From NCBI GenBank assembly GCA_036494265.1, contig DASXOP010000057.1, positions 10,539 through 74,538 of the forward strand: a stretch of 64,000 nt of DNA, in the 5' to 3' direction. Below are positions 43,709 through 53,138 of this stretch, piece by piece. The translations under genes and the position numbers were made by a program. The notes under the pieces are model-generated. The model ran no database searches, was not told the origin of the DNA, and saw nothing but the letters and a program-made list of their open reading frames with translations. The DNA comes from Caulobacteraceae bacterium (GTDB lineage: Bacteria > Pseudomonadota > Alphaproteobacteria > Caulobacterales > Caulobacteraceae). The first letter of the stretch is position 1. Each line of letters begins with the position of its first letter.

Positions 43709-45139
43709 TCATGTCGCGGCCTCGCCATAAGCGGCGCGTTTCCACGCGGCGAGCCGGCCTTCCGTTTCGTCTTTGCTGATCCGCGGCTCGAACGTCTGCT
43801 CGTAGCGGACGAAATCGCCGGTCTCATCCGCGCCCAGCAGGCCAACGCCCCGCGCCGCGCAAATCGCCGCGCCGCACGCCGTCGCCTCGCGGACGGCGTG
43901 GCGGCGAAGCGGTTGGCCCAGCAGGTCGGCCTGGATCTGCAGGAAGACGTCGCTGCCCGCGAGCCCGCCATCGACCCCCAGCGCGGGCGGCGGCGCTCGG
44001 CCGGCCAGCGCATGGACGTGGTCGAACACCTCCCGCGTCCGGAACGCGACGCCCTCCAGCGCCGCGCGGGCGATCTCAGCGCGGCCAGCGTTCAGGCTGA
44101 GCCCGCCGATGGCAGCGCGACGACTGGCGTCCCCGTGCGGTGCGCCAAGGCCCTGCAGCGCCGGCAGGAACCAGACGCCGCCCGCGTCCGTCGCGTTCGC
44201 CGCCAGCGCATCGAACTGTGCATTAGTACCCAGTCTCATAATGCTCCGAACCCAATCGAGCGCGGCGCCGGCGGTGTAGACCATGCCCTCCAGGCAGAAC
44301 CGCGCCTCGCCGCCGGCGAGCGACAACACGAACGGCGGAGCGGACATGTCCTTCAGGACCAGCTCCGGGCCGGTGCCAAGATCGAGGGTGGCCGAGGTGC
44401 CGTAAGTCACCTTCACCGCGCCGGTGTGGCCCCCGTGTGCGGTCAGCGCGGCTTGTTGGTCGGCGACGTCGGCGGCGATCGGCACGCGGCGGCCCAGCAC
44501 CGCTGGCGCGGTCTCGGCGATAGCGCCCCAGGTGTCGACCATGTGGGGGAACATCGCCGCGTCGAGGCCTTGATGCGCGATCAGAGCGGTGCTCCACCCC
44601 ATGGTGGAGAGGTCGAGGTAGCCGGTTGGCCAGGCCTGGCTGCGATCGGTGACGTGCGCAGCGCCGCCGCTCAGCCGCCAGATCAGGTAGCTGTCGATGT
44701 TCCCCCACGCGAGGCCATCCCGCCGACCAAGGCCGGCCACGATCTCTTCCAGCTTCGCGGCCGCTAGCTGAGGCGCGACGAAATAGCCTTCGCCGCGCAG
44801 CGAGGCCGCGCGGTCGACGCCGCGCAGGTCGCTCCACAGCACCAGCGGCGTCAACGGCCGGCCGGTCTCGCGATCCCAGACCACCGCGCTGGTGCGCTGG
44901 CTGGTGACGCCAATGGCGGCGAGGTCGTTTGCGGTTCGGTCGGCGGTGGCCAGCACGCCGCGCAACACCGCCAGCGTGGCGCGCCAGATCGCGGCCGGGT
45001 CCTGCTCCAGTCGCCCCGGCCCTGGCGAGACGGTGCGCAGTCGCCGCGCGGCCCAGCCTAGCATCCGCCCGTCGGGGCTGAAGAGGCCCGCGCCCAGTGA
45101 CGTGGTGCCGACGTCGAGCCCGAGCAGCAGCTCACCCAT
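43709..45139 (-). CDS. FGGY-family carbohydrate/polyol kinase
   Basis: The N-terminus LLGLDVGTTSLGAGLF and the C-terminal GGLAGSDVFLQIQADLLG are FGGY motifs. The substrate is not deducible. Confidence 0.9.
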   Translation of the reverse strand: MGELLLGLDVGTTSLGAGLFSPDGRMLGWAARRLRTVSPGPGRLEQDPAAIWRATLAVLRGVLATADRTANDLAAIGVTSQRTSAVVWDRETGRPLTPLVLWSDLRGVDRAASLRGEGYFVAPQLAAAKLEEIVAGLGRRDGLAWGNIDSYLIWRLSGGAAHVTDRSQAWPTGYLDLSTMGWSTALIAHQGLDAAMFPHMVDTWGAIAETAPAVLGRRVPIAADVADQQAALTAHGGHTGAVKVTYGTSATLDLGTGPELVLKDMSAPPFVLSLAGGEARFCLEGMVYTAGAALDWVRSIMRLGTNAQFDALAANATDAGGVWFLPALQGLGAPHGDASRRAAIGGLSLNAGRAEIARAALEGVAFRTREVFDHVHALAGRAPPPALGVDGGLAGSDVFLQIQADLLGQPLRRHAVREATACGAAICAARGVGLLGADETGDFVRYEQTFEPRISKDETEGRLAAWKRAAYGEAAT

Positions 45140-46529
45140 CGGGGATCAGCACGCCAGGGTTCATGATCCCATTCGGATCCAGCGCCGCTTTCACCCGGCG
45201 CAGCATCGCGACGCCGGTTTCGCCGAGTTCAGCGGCGAGCCAGTCGCGCCGCACCCGGCCGATGCCGTGATGGTGCGAGACGCTCCCACCCTGTCGGGCG
45301 GTGGACTCCATGATCCGCCGCCAGCCTTCGAGATAGGCCGGCTCCATCTGTTCCGTCGCCGACGTCTGGACGGCGAAGGTGAAGTAGAGATTGAGCCCGC
45401 TGCGGTAGACGTGGCTGGAGTGGGCCGAGCCGGCGATCAGCCCCTCGATCCCCTTCAGCGAGGCCACCGCGTCGTCGTAGATGTCGCCGATCCGCGACCA
45501 GTCGGCCGAGACCTCGACGGTGTCGACCACCAGCCCCCGCGACAGCAGCGCGTCCCAGCTGGGCACCGTATTGCGATGCCCGAACCAGCGGTCGACCACA
45601 TCGCCCGGCGCGCTGGCCACGCTGGCCTCAGCCGCCATCGCAGCCACCGCCGAGCGCTCCGCCTCAACCAGCGCCGCCGGACCTTCATGGGCGATCATGA
45701 TCAGGCAGGCTTTGGCGTCGGCCCACTGGCGGCCGCTCTCGCGTTCGTCGTACTGGCGCATCACCGGCGGGCGCCAGCCGCGCTGGACGATCTCGCGCTG
45801 AAGCTCGAAACCGGCGCGCATCGTCGGCGCCTCGAAGCAGCTCACCGCCTTGGCCTCCGGCGCCCGGCGCAGCGATAAGGTGACGCCGGTGATCACGCCG
45901 AGCGTCCCCTCCGAGCCCAGCATCAACTGTCGCAGATCCGGCCCAGCCGAGGCGCGCGGTCCCTTGCCGAGGGTGACGACATCGCCGCTCGGCAGCACCG
46001 CCTCGATCGAATGGACGATCTCCTCGATGTTGCCGTAGCCGGTCGAGAGCTGGCCGGAGGCGCGGGTCGCCACCCAGCCGCCGACCGTGCTCACCGCCAC
46101 CGACTGCGGCCAGTGGCCAATGGTCAGCCCTTGCGCGGCGACCGCCTCCTCGGCGGCGAGCCCGTTGTGGCCGGCGTCGAAGCTGGCCAGCAGATTGACC
46201 GGGTCGATCGAGCGCACGGCGGCCATGTCGCCCATGTCGAGCATGATCGCGTCAGGCGAGGCGATCACCCCGCCCACCACGCCGCTGCCGAGTCCGAACG
46301 GGATCACCGCGATGCGGCGATCGTTGGCGAACCGGAGCACCTGGCGCACGTCCTCAACGCTGCGCGGCCGCACCAGGGCGCCGGGGCGCGGCGCGGGCGT
46401 TCCGACCTTGTCGCGCACATGGCTGAGTGCCCAATAGTCGTGGCGGCGCGCGTCCAGCTGCGCCTCGTCGCGAACGATCCGGTCGGCGCCGATCGCCTGG
46501 GCCAGGGCGTCTAGGTCCGGCAGGCTCAT
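45132..46529 (-). CDS. FAD-linked oxidase, alkyl-DHAP-synthase-like (FAD_binding_4 family)
   Basis: VIPFGLGSGVVGG and STVGGWVATRASGQLSTGYGNIEEIVHSIEAVLPSG resemble the AGPS motif STRASGMKKNIYGNIEDLV, recalled from memory. The start at the ATG at 46529 overlaps the upstream TGA (ATGA). Confidence 0.88.
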   Translation of the reverse strand: MSLPDLDALAQAIGADRIVRDEAQLDARRHDYWALSHVRDKVGTPAPRPGALVRPRSVEDVRQVLRFANDRRIAVIPFGLGSGVVGGVIASPDAIMLDMGDMAAVRSIDPVNLLASFDAGHNGLAAEEAVAAQGLTIGHWPQSVAVSTVGGWVATRASGQLSTGYGNIEEIVHSIEAVLPSGDVVTLGKGPRASAGPDLRQLMLGSEGTLGVITGVTLSLRRAPEAKAVSCFEAPTMRAGFELQREIVQRGWRPPVMRQYDERESGRQWADAKACLIMIAHEGPAALVEAERSAVAAMAAEASVASAPGDVVDRWFGHRNTVPSWDALLSRGLVVDTVEVSADWSRIGDIYDDAVASLKGIEGLIAGSAHSSHVYRSGLNLYFTFAVQTSATEQMEPAYLEGWRRIMESTARQGGSVSHHHGIGRVRRDWLAAELGETGVAMLRRVKAALDPNGIMNPGVLIPDG

Positions 46530-48124
46530 ACCAGGGCGCTTTCGCGAAGGGCCGAGAGGTTGCGGTCGTGGATCGCGTGGCAGCCGGCGATCTGGCGCGC
46601 CTGTTCGGCGGCGTCCCAGCCGAGCAACGCCGCCATCGCCGTGGCCGCTGGGGCCAACGCGCCAAGGCCGCCGTCCTCGCCAAACCACGCCCTGGCGCTG
46701 CGCCGCACCCAGTAATCCTCCAGCGTCAGCGCGCCCTCGGCCAGCACCGCATGCCGCGCTTCAGCCGCGACATCGCCGCCGTCGGCCCCGACGGCTCCCG
46801 CTTCCGCACCGTAGAGCGAGATCAGCCGGTCGGCGGCGAGCGACGCCAGGCCGCCGACGCGCTCCAACGCCGTCCGCGCCGCAGCCACGTCGACATCGCC
46901 GCCGGGCAGTGCGACCTCAGCCGTGCGGCAAGGGGTGGGCTTGCGTCCCAACGCCTCTTCGATTCGGTCGACCACCCGCTCGGCCATCCGGCGATAGGCG
47001 GTGAGCTTGCCGCCGCCGATCGAGATCACCCCGGCCGACCCGACCCAGACTTCATCCTTGCGCGAAACCTCCGAGGCCGACTTGCCCGCCTCCGCCACCA
47101 GCGGCCGGACGCCCGACCAGGCCGAAGTGATGTCGCGATGTTCGAGCGGCGGCGTCGAGAAGCAGCGCGTGGCCGCCTCGATCAGGTAGTCGACGTCGGC
47201 TGGTTCGATCCGTGGCCACAGGTCGGCGCCTTCGTAGAACGCGTCGGTGGTGCCGATGTAGGTGGCGCGGCCCTTGGGCACGGCGAAGACGCTGCGGCGG
47301 TCGGCGGCGGGCATGATCACGGTGCGGTTCACCGGCAACCGCTCGCGGTCGACCACGATGTGCACGCCCTTGCTGAGCTGCAGCCGCGGCGGCGCGTCCG
47401 CATCCTCCAGCGCCCGCACCGCATCGACCCAAGGCCCAGCGGCGTTGACGATGACCTTGGCGAAGAGCCGCGCCCGCCGCCCGCTGTCGTCCGCCACGTC
47501 GAGCCCGGTCGCCCGACCACCATCGATCACGATCGCTGTTGCTCGGGCATGGTTCAGACACACCGCCCCGTGCGCCGCCGCCCCGCGAACATTGGCCAGC
47601 GTCAGCCGCGCATCGTCGGTCAGATATTCGGGGTAGGCGACCGCGCCGGCCAGGCCGTCAGCGGCGACGGCGGGTTCCCGCGACTGGAGGTCCGCCTGCG
47701 ACCAGACCTCGTGCTTGCGGCTCTTGGGCACGCCGCCCAGCTTCTCAAACGCCCAGAGCCCCGTGCGCAGCTTGGCGATAGTGGCCCCGGTGCGGGCCGG
47801 GATCACGAATGGCGTTTCGCAGGCCAGGTGCGGGGCGATCGCCTGCACCGCCTTGCGTTCTGACGCCGCCTCCCGCACCAGCGCCACGTCGCCCATGGGC
47901 AAGTAGCGCAGCCCGCCGTGGATCATCTTCGACGAGCGGCTTGACGTGCCTGACGCGAAGTCCTCCGCCTCGATCAACGCCACCGAGAGCCCCCGCATCG
48001 CCGCGTCGTAAGCGATGCCCGCCCCGGTGATCCCGGCGCCGATCACCGCCACGTCGAAGCGCGCGCCATCGATGGCGGCGAACAGCCGGTCGCGGTCACG
48101 CAGGTCGAGCTTGTCGTTCGGCAT
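46526..48124 (-). CDS. glpD: FAD-dependent glycerol-3-phosphate dehydrogenase family protein
   Basis: It has the dinucleotide-binding N-terminus FDVAVIGAGITGAGIAYDAAMRGLSVALIE and GlpD-like length. The start is taken at the ATG at 48124. The substrate could be another polyol phosphate. Confidence 0.88.
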   Translation of the reverse strand: MPNDKLDLRDRDRLFAAIDGARFDVAVIGAGITGAGIAYDAAMRGLSVALIEAEDFASGTSSRSSKMIHGGLRYLPMGDVALVREAASERKAVQAIAPHLACETPFVIPARTGATIAKLRTGLWAFEKLGGVPKSRKHEVWSQADLQSREPAVAADGLAGAVAYPEYLTDDARLTLANVRGAAAHGAVCLNHARATAIVIDGGRATGLDVADDSGRRARLFAKVIVNAAGPWVDAVRALEDADAPPRLQLSKGVHIVVDRERLPVNRTVIMPAADRRSVFAVPKGRATYIGTTDAFYEGADLWPRIEPADVDYLIEAATRCFSTPPLEHRDITSAWSGVRPLVAEAGKSASEVSRKDEVWVGSAGVISIGGGKLTAYRRMAERVVDRIEEALGRKPTPCRTAEVALPGGDVDVAAARTALERVGGLASLAADRLISLYGAEAGAVGADGGDVAAEARHAVLAEGALTLEDYWVRRSARAWFGEDGGLGALAPAATAMAALLGWDAAEQARQIAGCHAIHDRNLSALRESALV

Positions 48125-48153
48125 CCGGGCTCCGGTTTGGCCAGGCAGACTTA

Positions 48154-48777
48154 TCAGGCCGGTGAGGCTTCGCCCCACTCATTCCAACCGGCCCAGCGCG
48201 GCGTCTTCGGCAGGTACATCGTCTCCTTGCGCAGCACGTTGAAGCCGGCCGCCTCGATCGCGGCCGCCACGGGCCGGGTCAGATGGCAGCCGCCGGCTAT
48301 GTGCTTCCAGATCGGCTCGATCCGCCGTTGCCACCTCACCACCTCGGCGTCGGGGGCGAGGCCATGTTCGCAGAAGATCAGTCGGCCGCCGGGTTTCAAC
48401 ACCCGCCGCGCCTCGGCCAACGCAGCTGCCGGGTTCTGCACCGAGCAGAGGGTGAAGGTGCAGACGACGGTGTCGAAGTCGCCGGCATCGAACGGCAGCG
48501 CCTCGGCCCGTCCTTCGCTGATGTGGGGTGCAACTGGCGCCCCATCGCTCGCCACCTGCGCCATCTCGCGCAGCCGCTCCGATGGCTCCAGACCCTCCAG
48601 CCCAGAGACCGTGGCGGCGTCGTAGAACGGCAGGTTGAGGCCACCGCCCATGCCCAGCTCCAGCACCCGGCCGCTGGCGCCCGGCACCACCTTGGCGCGC
48701 TGACGCTCAATGGGGCGTGTGCCGCAGGCGCAGTTGATCAGCCACGGGACGACGCGGCGTTCATAGAGCGAGGTCAT
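48154..48777 (-). CDS. Class I SAM-dependent methyltransferase
   Basis: It has the SAM-binding motif RVLELGMGGGLN and the post-I/II motifs FDTVVCTFTLCSV and LKPGGRLIFCEH. The start is taken at the ATG at 48777 (MTSLYERR). Confidence 0.88.
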   Translation of the reverse strand: MTSLYERRVVPWLINCACGTRPIERQRAKVVPGASGRVLELGMGGGLNLPFYDAATVSGLEGLEPSERLREMAQVASDGAPVAPHISEGRAEALPFDAGDFDTVVCTFTLCSVQNPAAALAEARRVLKPGGRLIFCEHGLAPDAEVVRWQRRIEPIWKHIAGGCHLTRPVAAAIEAAGFNVLRKETMYLPKTPRWAGWNEWGEASPA

Positions 48778-48797
48778 GGCCGGCCCCCGCCGCGCCG

Positions 48798-50069
48798 CTA
48801 GGTCCGCTGCGGGATCACCACCGGCAGCGTCTCGTAGCCCTTGACGAACACCGAGTGGGTGCGGGTCGGCTCGCCGGCCAGTTCCACGGTCGGGAAGCGC
48901 TTCAGAATCTCTTCCCAGATGATCGTCAGCTGCAGCTCGGCGAGGCGATTGCCGACGCAGCGGTGGATGCCGAAGCCGAACGACAGGTGAGTGCGCGGCC
49001 GGGCCCGGTCGATGATGTAGTTGTCCGGATCGTCGATCACGCGTTCGTCGCGGTTGCCGCTGACGTACCACATGGCGACGTGGTCGCCCTCGCGAATGGT
49101 TTTGCCGCCGAGCTCGAAATCCTGCGTCGCGGTGCGGCGCATGTGCGCCAGCGGTGTCTGCCAGCGGATCGTCTCGGAGACCATCGACGGGATCAGCGCC
49201 GGGTTCTCGCGCAGCTTGGCATACTGCGCCGGGTGGCGGTTCAGCGCGTAGATCGACCCGGAAATCGTGTTCCGGGTGGTGTCGTTGCCGCCGATGATCA
49301 GCAGGCCGAGGTTGCCGTTGAAGGTGTTGACGTCCATGTCCCGCGTCGCCTGGCCGTGGGCCAGCATCGAGATCAGGTCGAACTTCGGCGGCTGATTTAC
49401 CCGCTCATTCCAGAGCTCGCGGAAAGTGGAGAAGCAGACGTCGAGCTCCTCGCGCTTGTGATCCCAGCTCTTCACCGGGCCGTGGCCTGGCGGGTTGGTC
49501 ATCATGTCCGACCAGTGGGTCAACTTGCGCCGCTCCTCGAACGGGAAGTCGAACAGGGTGGCGAGGGTCATCGCCGTCAGTTCCTTCGAGACCAGGTCGA
49601 CCCAATCGAAGGTTTCGCCGATCGGCAGTCCGTCGAGGATCACCCCAGCTCGCTCGCGGATCACCGGGGCCATCCGCTCCAGATTGGCGGGGGCCACGAC
49701 CGGGCTCACCGTCTTGCGCTGCTCGTCGTGGCGCGGCGGATCCATCGAGATGAAGCTCTGCCGCGTCGGACGCTTGGCCATCTCGGCTTTCGCCTCGAGC
49801 GATTGGAGCGTGATGCCGTCCTCCGACGAGAACACCTGGTGGTTGGTGTCTACCGCCATGATGTCGTTGTAGCGGGTGATCGACCAGTAGGGGCCGTAGT
49901 CGCTTTCCGGCGTGTAGTGGATCGGCGCCTCGGCGCGCAGCCGCTCGAACACCGGCCAGAACGCGTCGTTCTGGAAGTAGACCGGCTGGGCCGGGTTGAG
50001 GCTCTCCAGCGGCTCGGCGTAGGCCCTGGCCCTGGCCTCGTGCTTCAGGTCGATCGATCCGTCGCTCAT
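48798..50069 (-). CDS. Cytochrome P450
   Basis: It has the heme-ligand loop FGFGIHRCVGNRLA, the I-helix IIGGNDTTRN and ExxR (ETIRW). Confidence 0.95.
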   Translation of the reverse strand: MSDGSIDLKHEARARAYAEPLESLNPAQPVYFQNDAFWPVFERLRAEAPIHYTPESDYGPYWSITRYNDIMAVDTNHQVFSSEDGITLQSLEAKAEMAKRPTRQSFISMDPPRHDEQRKTVSPVVAPANLERMAPVIRERAGVILDGLPIGETFDWVDLVSKELTAMTLATLFDFPFEERRKLTHWSDMMTNPPGHGPVKSWDHKREELDVCFSTFRELWNERVNQPPKFDLISMLAHGQATRDMDVNTFNGNLGLLIIGGNDTTRNTISGSIYALNRHPAQYAKLRENPALIPSMVSETIRWQTPLAHMRRTATQDFELGGKTIREGDHVAMWYVSGNRDERVIDDPDNYIIDRARPRTHLSFGFGIHRCVGNRLAELQLTIIWEEILKRFPTVELAGEPTRTHSVFVKGYETLPVVIPQRT

Positions 50070-50417
50070 GAGCGGCCTCCCAAGCTGGGCTTTCGCCCTT
50101 ATCGTCGTTCACCTGACGATCCGTCCCTTTGCCGGCGATGTCAAAGGAAGAGGCTCGGGCTGTGTCTCCGTTGGATTTTCGGGCGAACGACGATTCTGAT
50201 AGGGTGCCCGGATGGCACGCGAGCGTGAGCCCTTCTTCAAGACGCCTTGGTGGTGGCCTTGGCAGCGAAGACGGTGGCGGCCCAAGGGGCGTCCGCCCTC
50301 CGGTGTTGTGGTAGCCCCTTCCCCCTCTGGCGGAGGGCTTAGCGGCGGCGCCGCGGTCAAGCCGATCTACGAGGATGAAGCTGCTTAGGTCTTAGGCGCT
50401 CTTCGGGGTGGGCGCGT

Positions 50418-50453
50418 CCTGCCTGGGTCCCGACGTTCGTCGGGATGAGCGGG
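50418..50453. repeat. Solo terminal fragment of the MITE-like family
   Basis: cctgcctgggtcccgacgttcgtcgggatgagcggg matches the right end of the element at 25993-26028. Confidence 0.5.
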
Positions 50454-50475
50454 GGAGTGGGGGTGCTGCGGGCGC

Positions 50476-52890
50476 TCAGCCGCCGCGCCGGCCCGCCGGG
50501 AACCAGAGTTCGTTGATAACGCCTGGGTCGTCGCGGAGGCGGACGTAGAGGTGGCCGGCGGTGGGGTGGGGGACGCTCAGGGTAAAGCCGGGGAAGCCTT
50601 CGGGCACCTTCACCGGGCGGTTGAACGAGGGATCGCCGGCCAGTTGGTCGATCAGGAAGAGGTTGGAGCCCTCGATGTCGCAGCCACCGGCTTCGCGGCA
50701 CTTCAGCGCCTTCAGCGCCGGGGTGCGGACCAGCGTCGCCAGCGGCTGCCACGGCCCGGCGTCACCGTCGTCGATCACCCGGTAGCGCAGCGGCCCGAAC
50801 GCCGAGGGGCCGAACGCCTTGGCGGTGTCGAGCCGGGCGACGGCGACCCGGCTGTCCTCCAAGGTGAGGCCGTCGCTGAGCGAGAGGGTGGTCGAGGCCG
50901 ACCCGTCGGCGCTCGCCACCTCGATCGTCTCCTGCGGCGAGAACGCCGCCGGCCGCCTCGCCCGCACCGAGAAGCTCAACACCGCGCCTTGGCGGACCTC
51001 GTCCGGCCCGTTCAGCCGGATCTCGATAGGGCTCTCCGCCGCCGCCGGCTGCACGCTCTTGCCGATCAGCGCGACACTCGGGCTGGGGCCGGCGACCGTC
51101 AGCTTCAGCGGCGGCGTGCGGCCATCGGCCAGCGCGACCTTGGCGGTGACCGCCGCGCCGGGGGGCAGCTTCTCGGCCCCGGCGGGATCGACCATCTCCA
51201 TCGCCAGCTCGTCGCCGCCATGTTCGGTGCTGAGCACCCCCGGCTTGAACGTAACGCCGTCGACCGTGAGCCCGGTCACCTGGTCGAGCCGAGTGCCCTT
51301 GAGCAGCCCCGAGGCGTCGCCGGCGTGGAAGGTGAAGCTGTCCAGCTTGCCGGCCTGGGCGAAGGCCTTGATCGGCACCTGGTCAGCGTCGCCGGCGCCG
51401 TATTGCTTGACCAGAAGGGTCAGCACGCCGGGGCTCTCGCCAGTCAGCGGCACGGTGACGGCGATGGCGTCGGGCCGTTCTGGCTTCCACTCGAGCGTCG
51501 TCGGCGGAGCGGCGCCGCGAACCAGGGCGACGCTCTCGACGCAGTCGGCGGCCTCGCCTTCCAGCCGCACGGCGTCGTCGCGGCCGACCACCAGCGCCTG
51601 ATCGTCGCCGCTCGCCAGCCGCCAGGGCGCCGGGCGGCTGGTCTGCAGGTGAAACTCCGGTCCGTCGAACGACTGGAAGCCCCAGTCGCCGTGCAGCGTG
51701 CCGTCGACGTCGTCGCCGAACTGGGCCGGATCGAACCCCTTCGCCGCCACGACGAAGCCGCCTTTCTCGGCGTCGGCGGTCACCGGCAGGTCGACCGTGT
51801 GGCCGTCCTTGGTCTTCAGCCGCAGGGTCATGTCGTGGGCGTAGCCAGTGGAGTAGACGAGGGGCGCGCCGTCGACCGGCAGCACGAGGTCGGTGCGCTC
51901 GGCGCAATAGGTCGCCTTCGGATCGACCGGCGACAGCGGCGGCGGCTGCGGCGGCTCGATCGCCGGCAGCGCGGCGACCAGCACGGAGAGCGGATCGTGA
52001 AACGACGGCGCGGTGTTGAGCACGAGCTGCATCCGCTCGCCGCGCTCCGTCGCCAGCGCCGGGATGTACTGGTATTTGGCGGTGTGCAGGCTATCCAGCA
52101 GCCGGGCGATATCCATCACCGCGGCGATGTAGGGGCTGTAGAGGCCGAAGTCGGCGTGTGGCGTGGCGCTGAGTTGGAAGGCCAGGTCGGCGGTGCTGCC
52201 GTTGGTCAGCGCCTCGACGATCGAGGCGCTGTGGCCATCGCTCAGCACCAGCGCGTCTTGGCCCTGCGCCAGGCAGGCCGCCTGCAGCTCGGCCATCTTG
52301 TCGAAGCAGTCGGTGTTGAGCTTGATCGTCAGGCTGCGGGCCAGCAGCGGGGTCACGGTCTTGAGCCGGTCCGGGTTGGAGGGTCCGCCGGCGCGGATCG
52401 CGGCCAGGAACGCATCCAGCCGCGAACGGTCGAGCGAGGCCTGGTTCAGGTCCTGCGAGGCGCGAACGAAGGCCCCTGGCTTGCCGCGCACGGCGTTGAC
52501 CAGGGTGGCGAAGTCGCCGCCGGTCTGCGGCGCCAGGAACACCAGCAGCTGCTGGGCGTCGGCCGGGACCGTGATGGTCAGGCCGCCGCCGGTCTTGCGG
52601 TCCCAGGTTTCGGCCTTGTGAAACCAGCTGGTCGGCGGCGGATTGGTCGCGCCGCGCAGAAAAGCGGCGACGAGCAAATAGTGGACCGACTGTCCGGGCG
52701 GCAGCTCCGCCCGAATGGTCAGCTGGTCGCCGACCGCCAGGTTGGGAACCTCCGAGACCGGCAACGTTGAGCCAGCATGGGTCACCTTCACCGTCAGCGT
52801 CGGCCCGGCCAGGTCGAACGGCGCGCTCTCGGCCAAGGCGGCGGCGGGCCACGACAGCAGCAGGATCAGGCAGAGGAGGCGGCGGGTCAC
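50476..52890 (-). CDS. Large secreted protein of unknown function (804 aa)
   Basis: It has the signal peptide MTRRLLCLILLLSWPAAALA. The long ORF has coding-like composition and beta-rich repetitive segments. No family recognised. Confidence 0.75.
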   Translation of the reverse strand: MTRRLLCLILLLSWPAAALAESAPFDLAGPTLTVKVTHAGSTLPVSEVPNLAVGDQLTIRAELPPGQSVHYLLVAAFLRGATNPPPTSWFHKAETWDRKTGGGLTITVPADAQQLLVFLAPQTGGDFATLVNAVRGKPGAFVRASQDLNQASLDRSRLDAFLAAIRAGGPSNPDRLKTVTPLLARSLTIKLNTDCFDKMAELQAACLAQGQDALVLSDGHSASIVEALTNGSTADLAFQLSATPHADFGLYSPYIAAVMDIARLLDSLHTAKYQYIPALATERGERMQLVLNTAPSFHDPLSVLVAALPAIEPPQPPPLSPVDPKATYCAERTDLVLPVDGAPLVYSTGYAHDMTLRLKTKDGHTVDLPVTADAEKGGFVVAAKGFDPAQFGDDVDGTLHGDWGFQSFDGPEFHLQTSRPAPWRLASGDDQALVVGRDDAVRLEGEAADCVESVALVRGAAPPTTLEWKPERPDAIAVTVPLTGESPGVLTLLVKQYGAGDADQVPIKAFAQAGKLDSFTFHAGDASGLLKGTRLDQVTGLTVDGVTFKPGVLSTEHGGDELAMEMVDPAGAEKLPPGAAVTAKVALADGRTPPLKLTVAGPSPSVALIGKSVQPAAAESPIEIRLNGPDEVRQGAVLSFSVRARRPAAFSPQETIEVASADGSASTTLSLSDGLTLEDSRVAVARLDTAKAFGPSAFGPLRYRVIDDGDAGPWQPLATLVRTPALKALKCREAGGCDIEGSNLFLIDQLAGDPSFNRPVKVPEGFPGFTLSVPHPTAGHLYVRLRDDPGVINELWFPAGRRGG

Positions 52891-53027
52891 GCCGGCCGCC
52901 TTACGGCCAACTTTGGGCGAGAACGTGGAGCGTCGCGGCTCTCGATCGGCCTCAACCGACCCCGAGCCACATTCGGCAAACCGTGCTATGCTGACGGTTC
53001 ACATCCAATCATTCAGCGGAGGGCGAC

Positions 53028-53138
53028 ATGCAGGCAGCGACCATGAACTCGAAGACGGTCTCCTCAACCCTTCGCAAGGTCATGACGCTGGATGCGATGC
53101 CTCAATCTGGGAGTACTGGCGCACGTCGACGCCGGTAA
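53028..53138 (+). promoter_or_regulatory. Candidate leader uORF (36 codons) overlapping the start of the ribosomal-protection-like gene
   Basis: GGAGGG at 53018-53023 is followed by the ATG at 53028. The translation is MQAATMNSKTVSSTLRKVMTLDAMPQSGSTGARRRR. The stop at 53136-53138 lies 47 nt into the main ORF, in another frame. Confidence 0.25.

Noticed and set aside
50551-52770. 739-aa plus-strand ORF opposite the 804-aa secreted protein
   Set aside because: The composition is extreme in Arg, Gly and Ala, and there is no signal or motif. The minus-strand ORF has a clean signal peptide and balanced composition.
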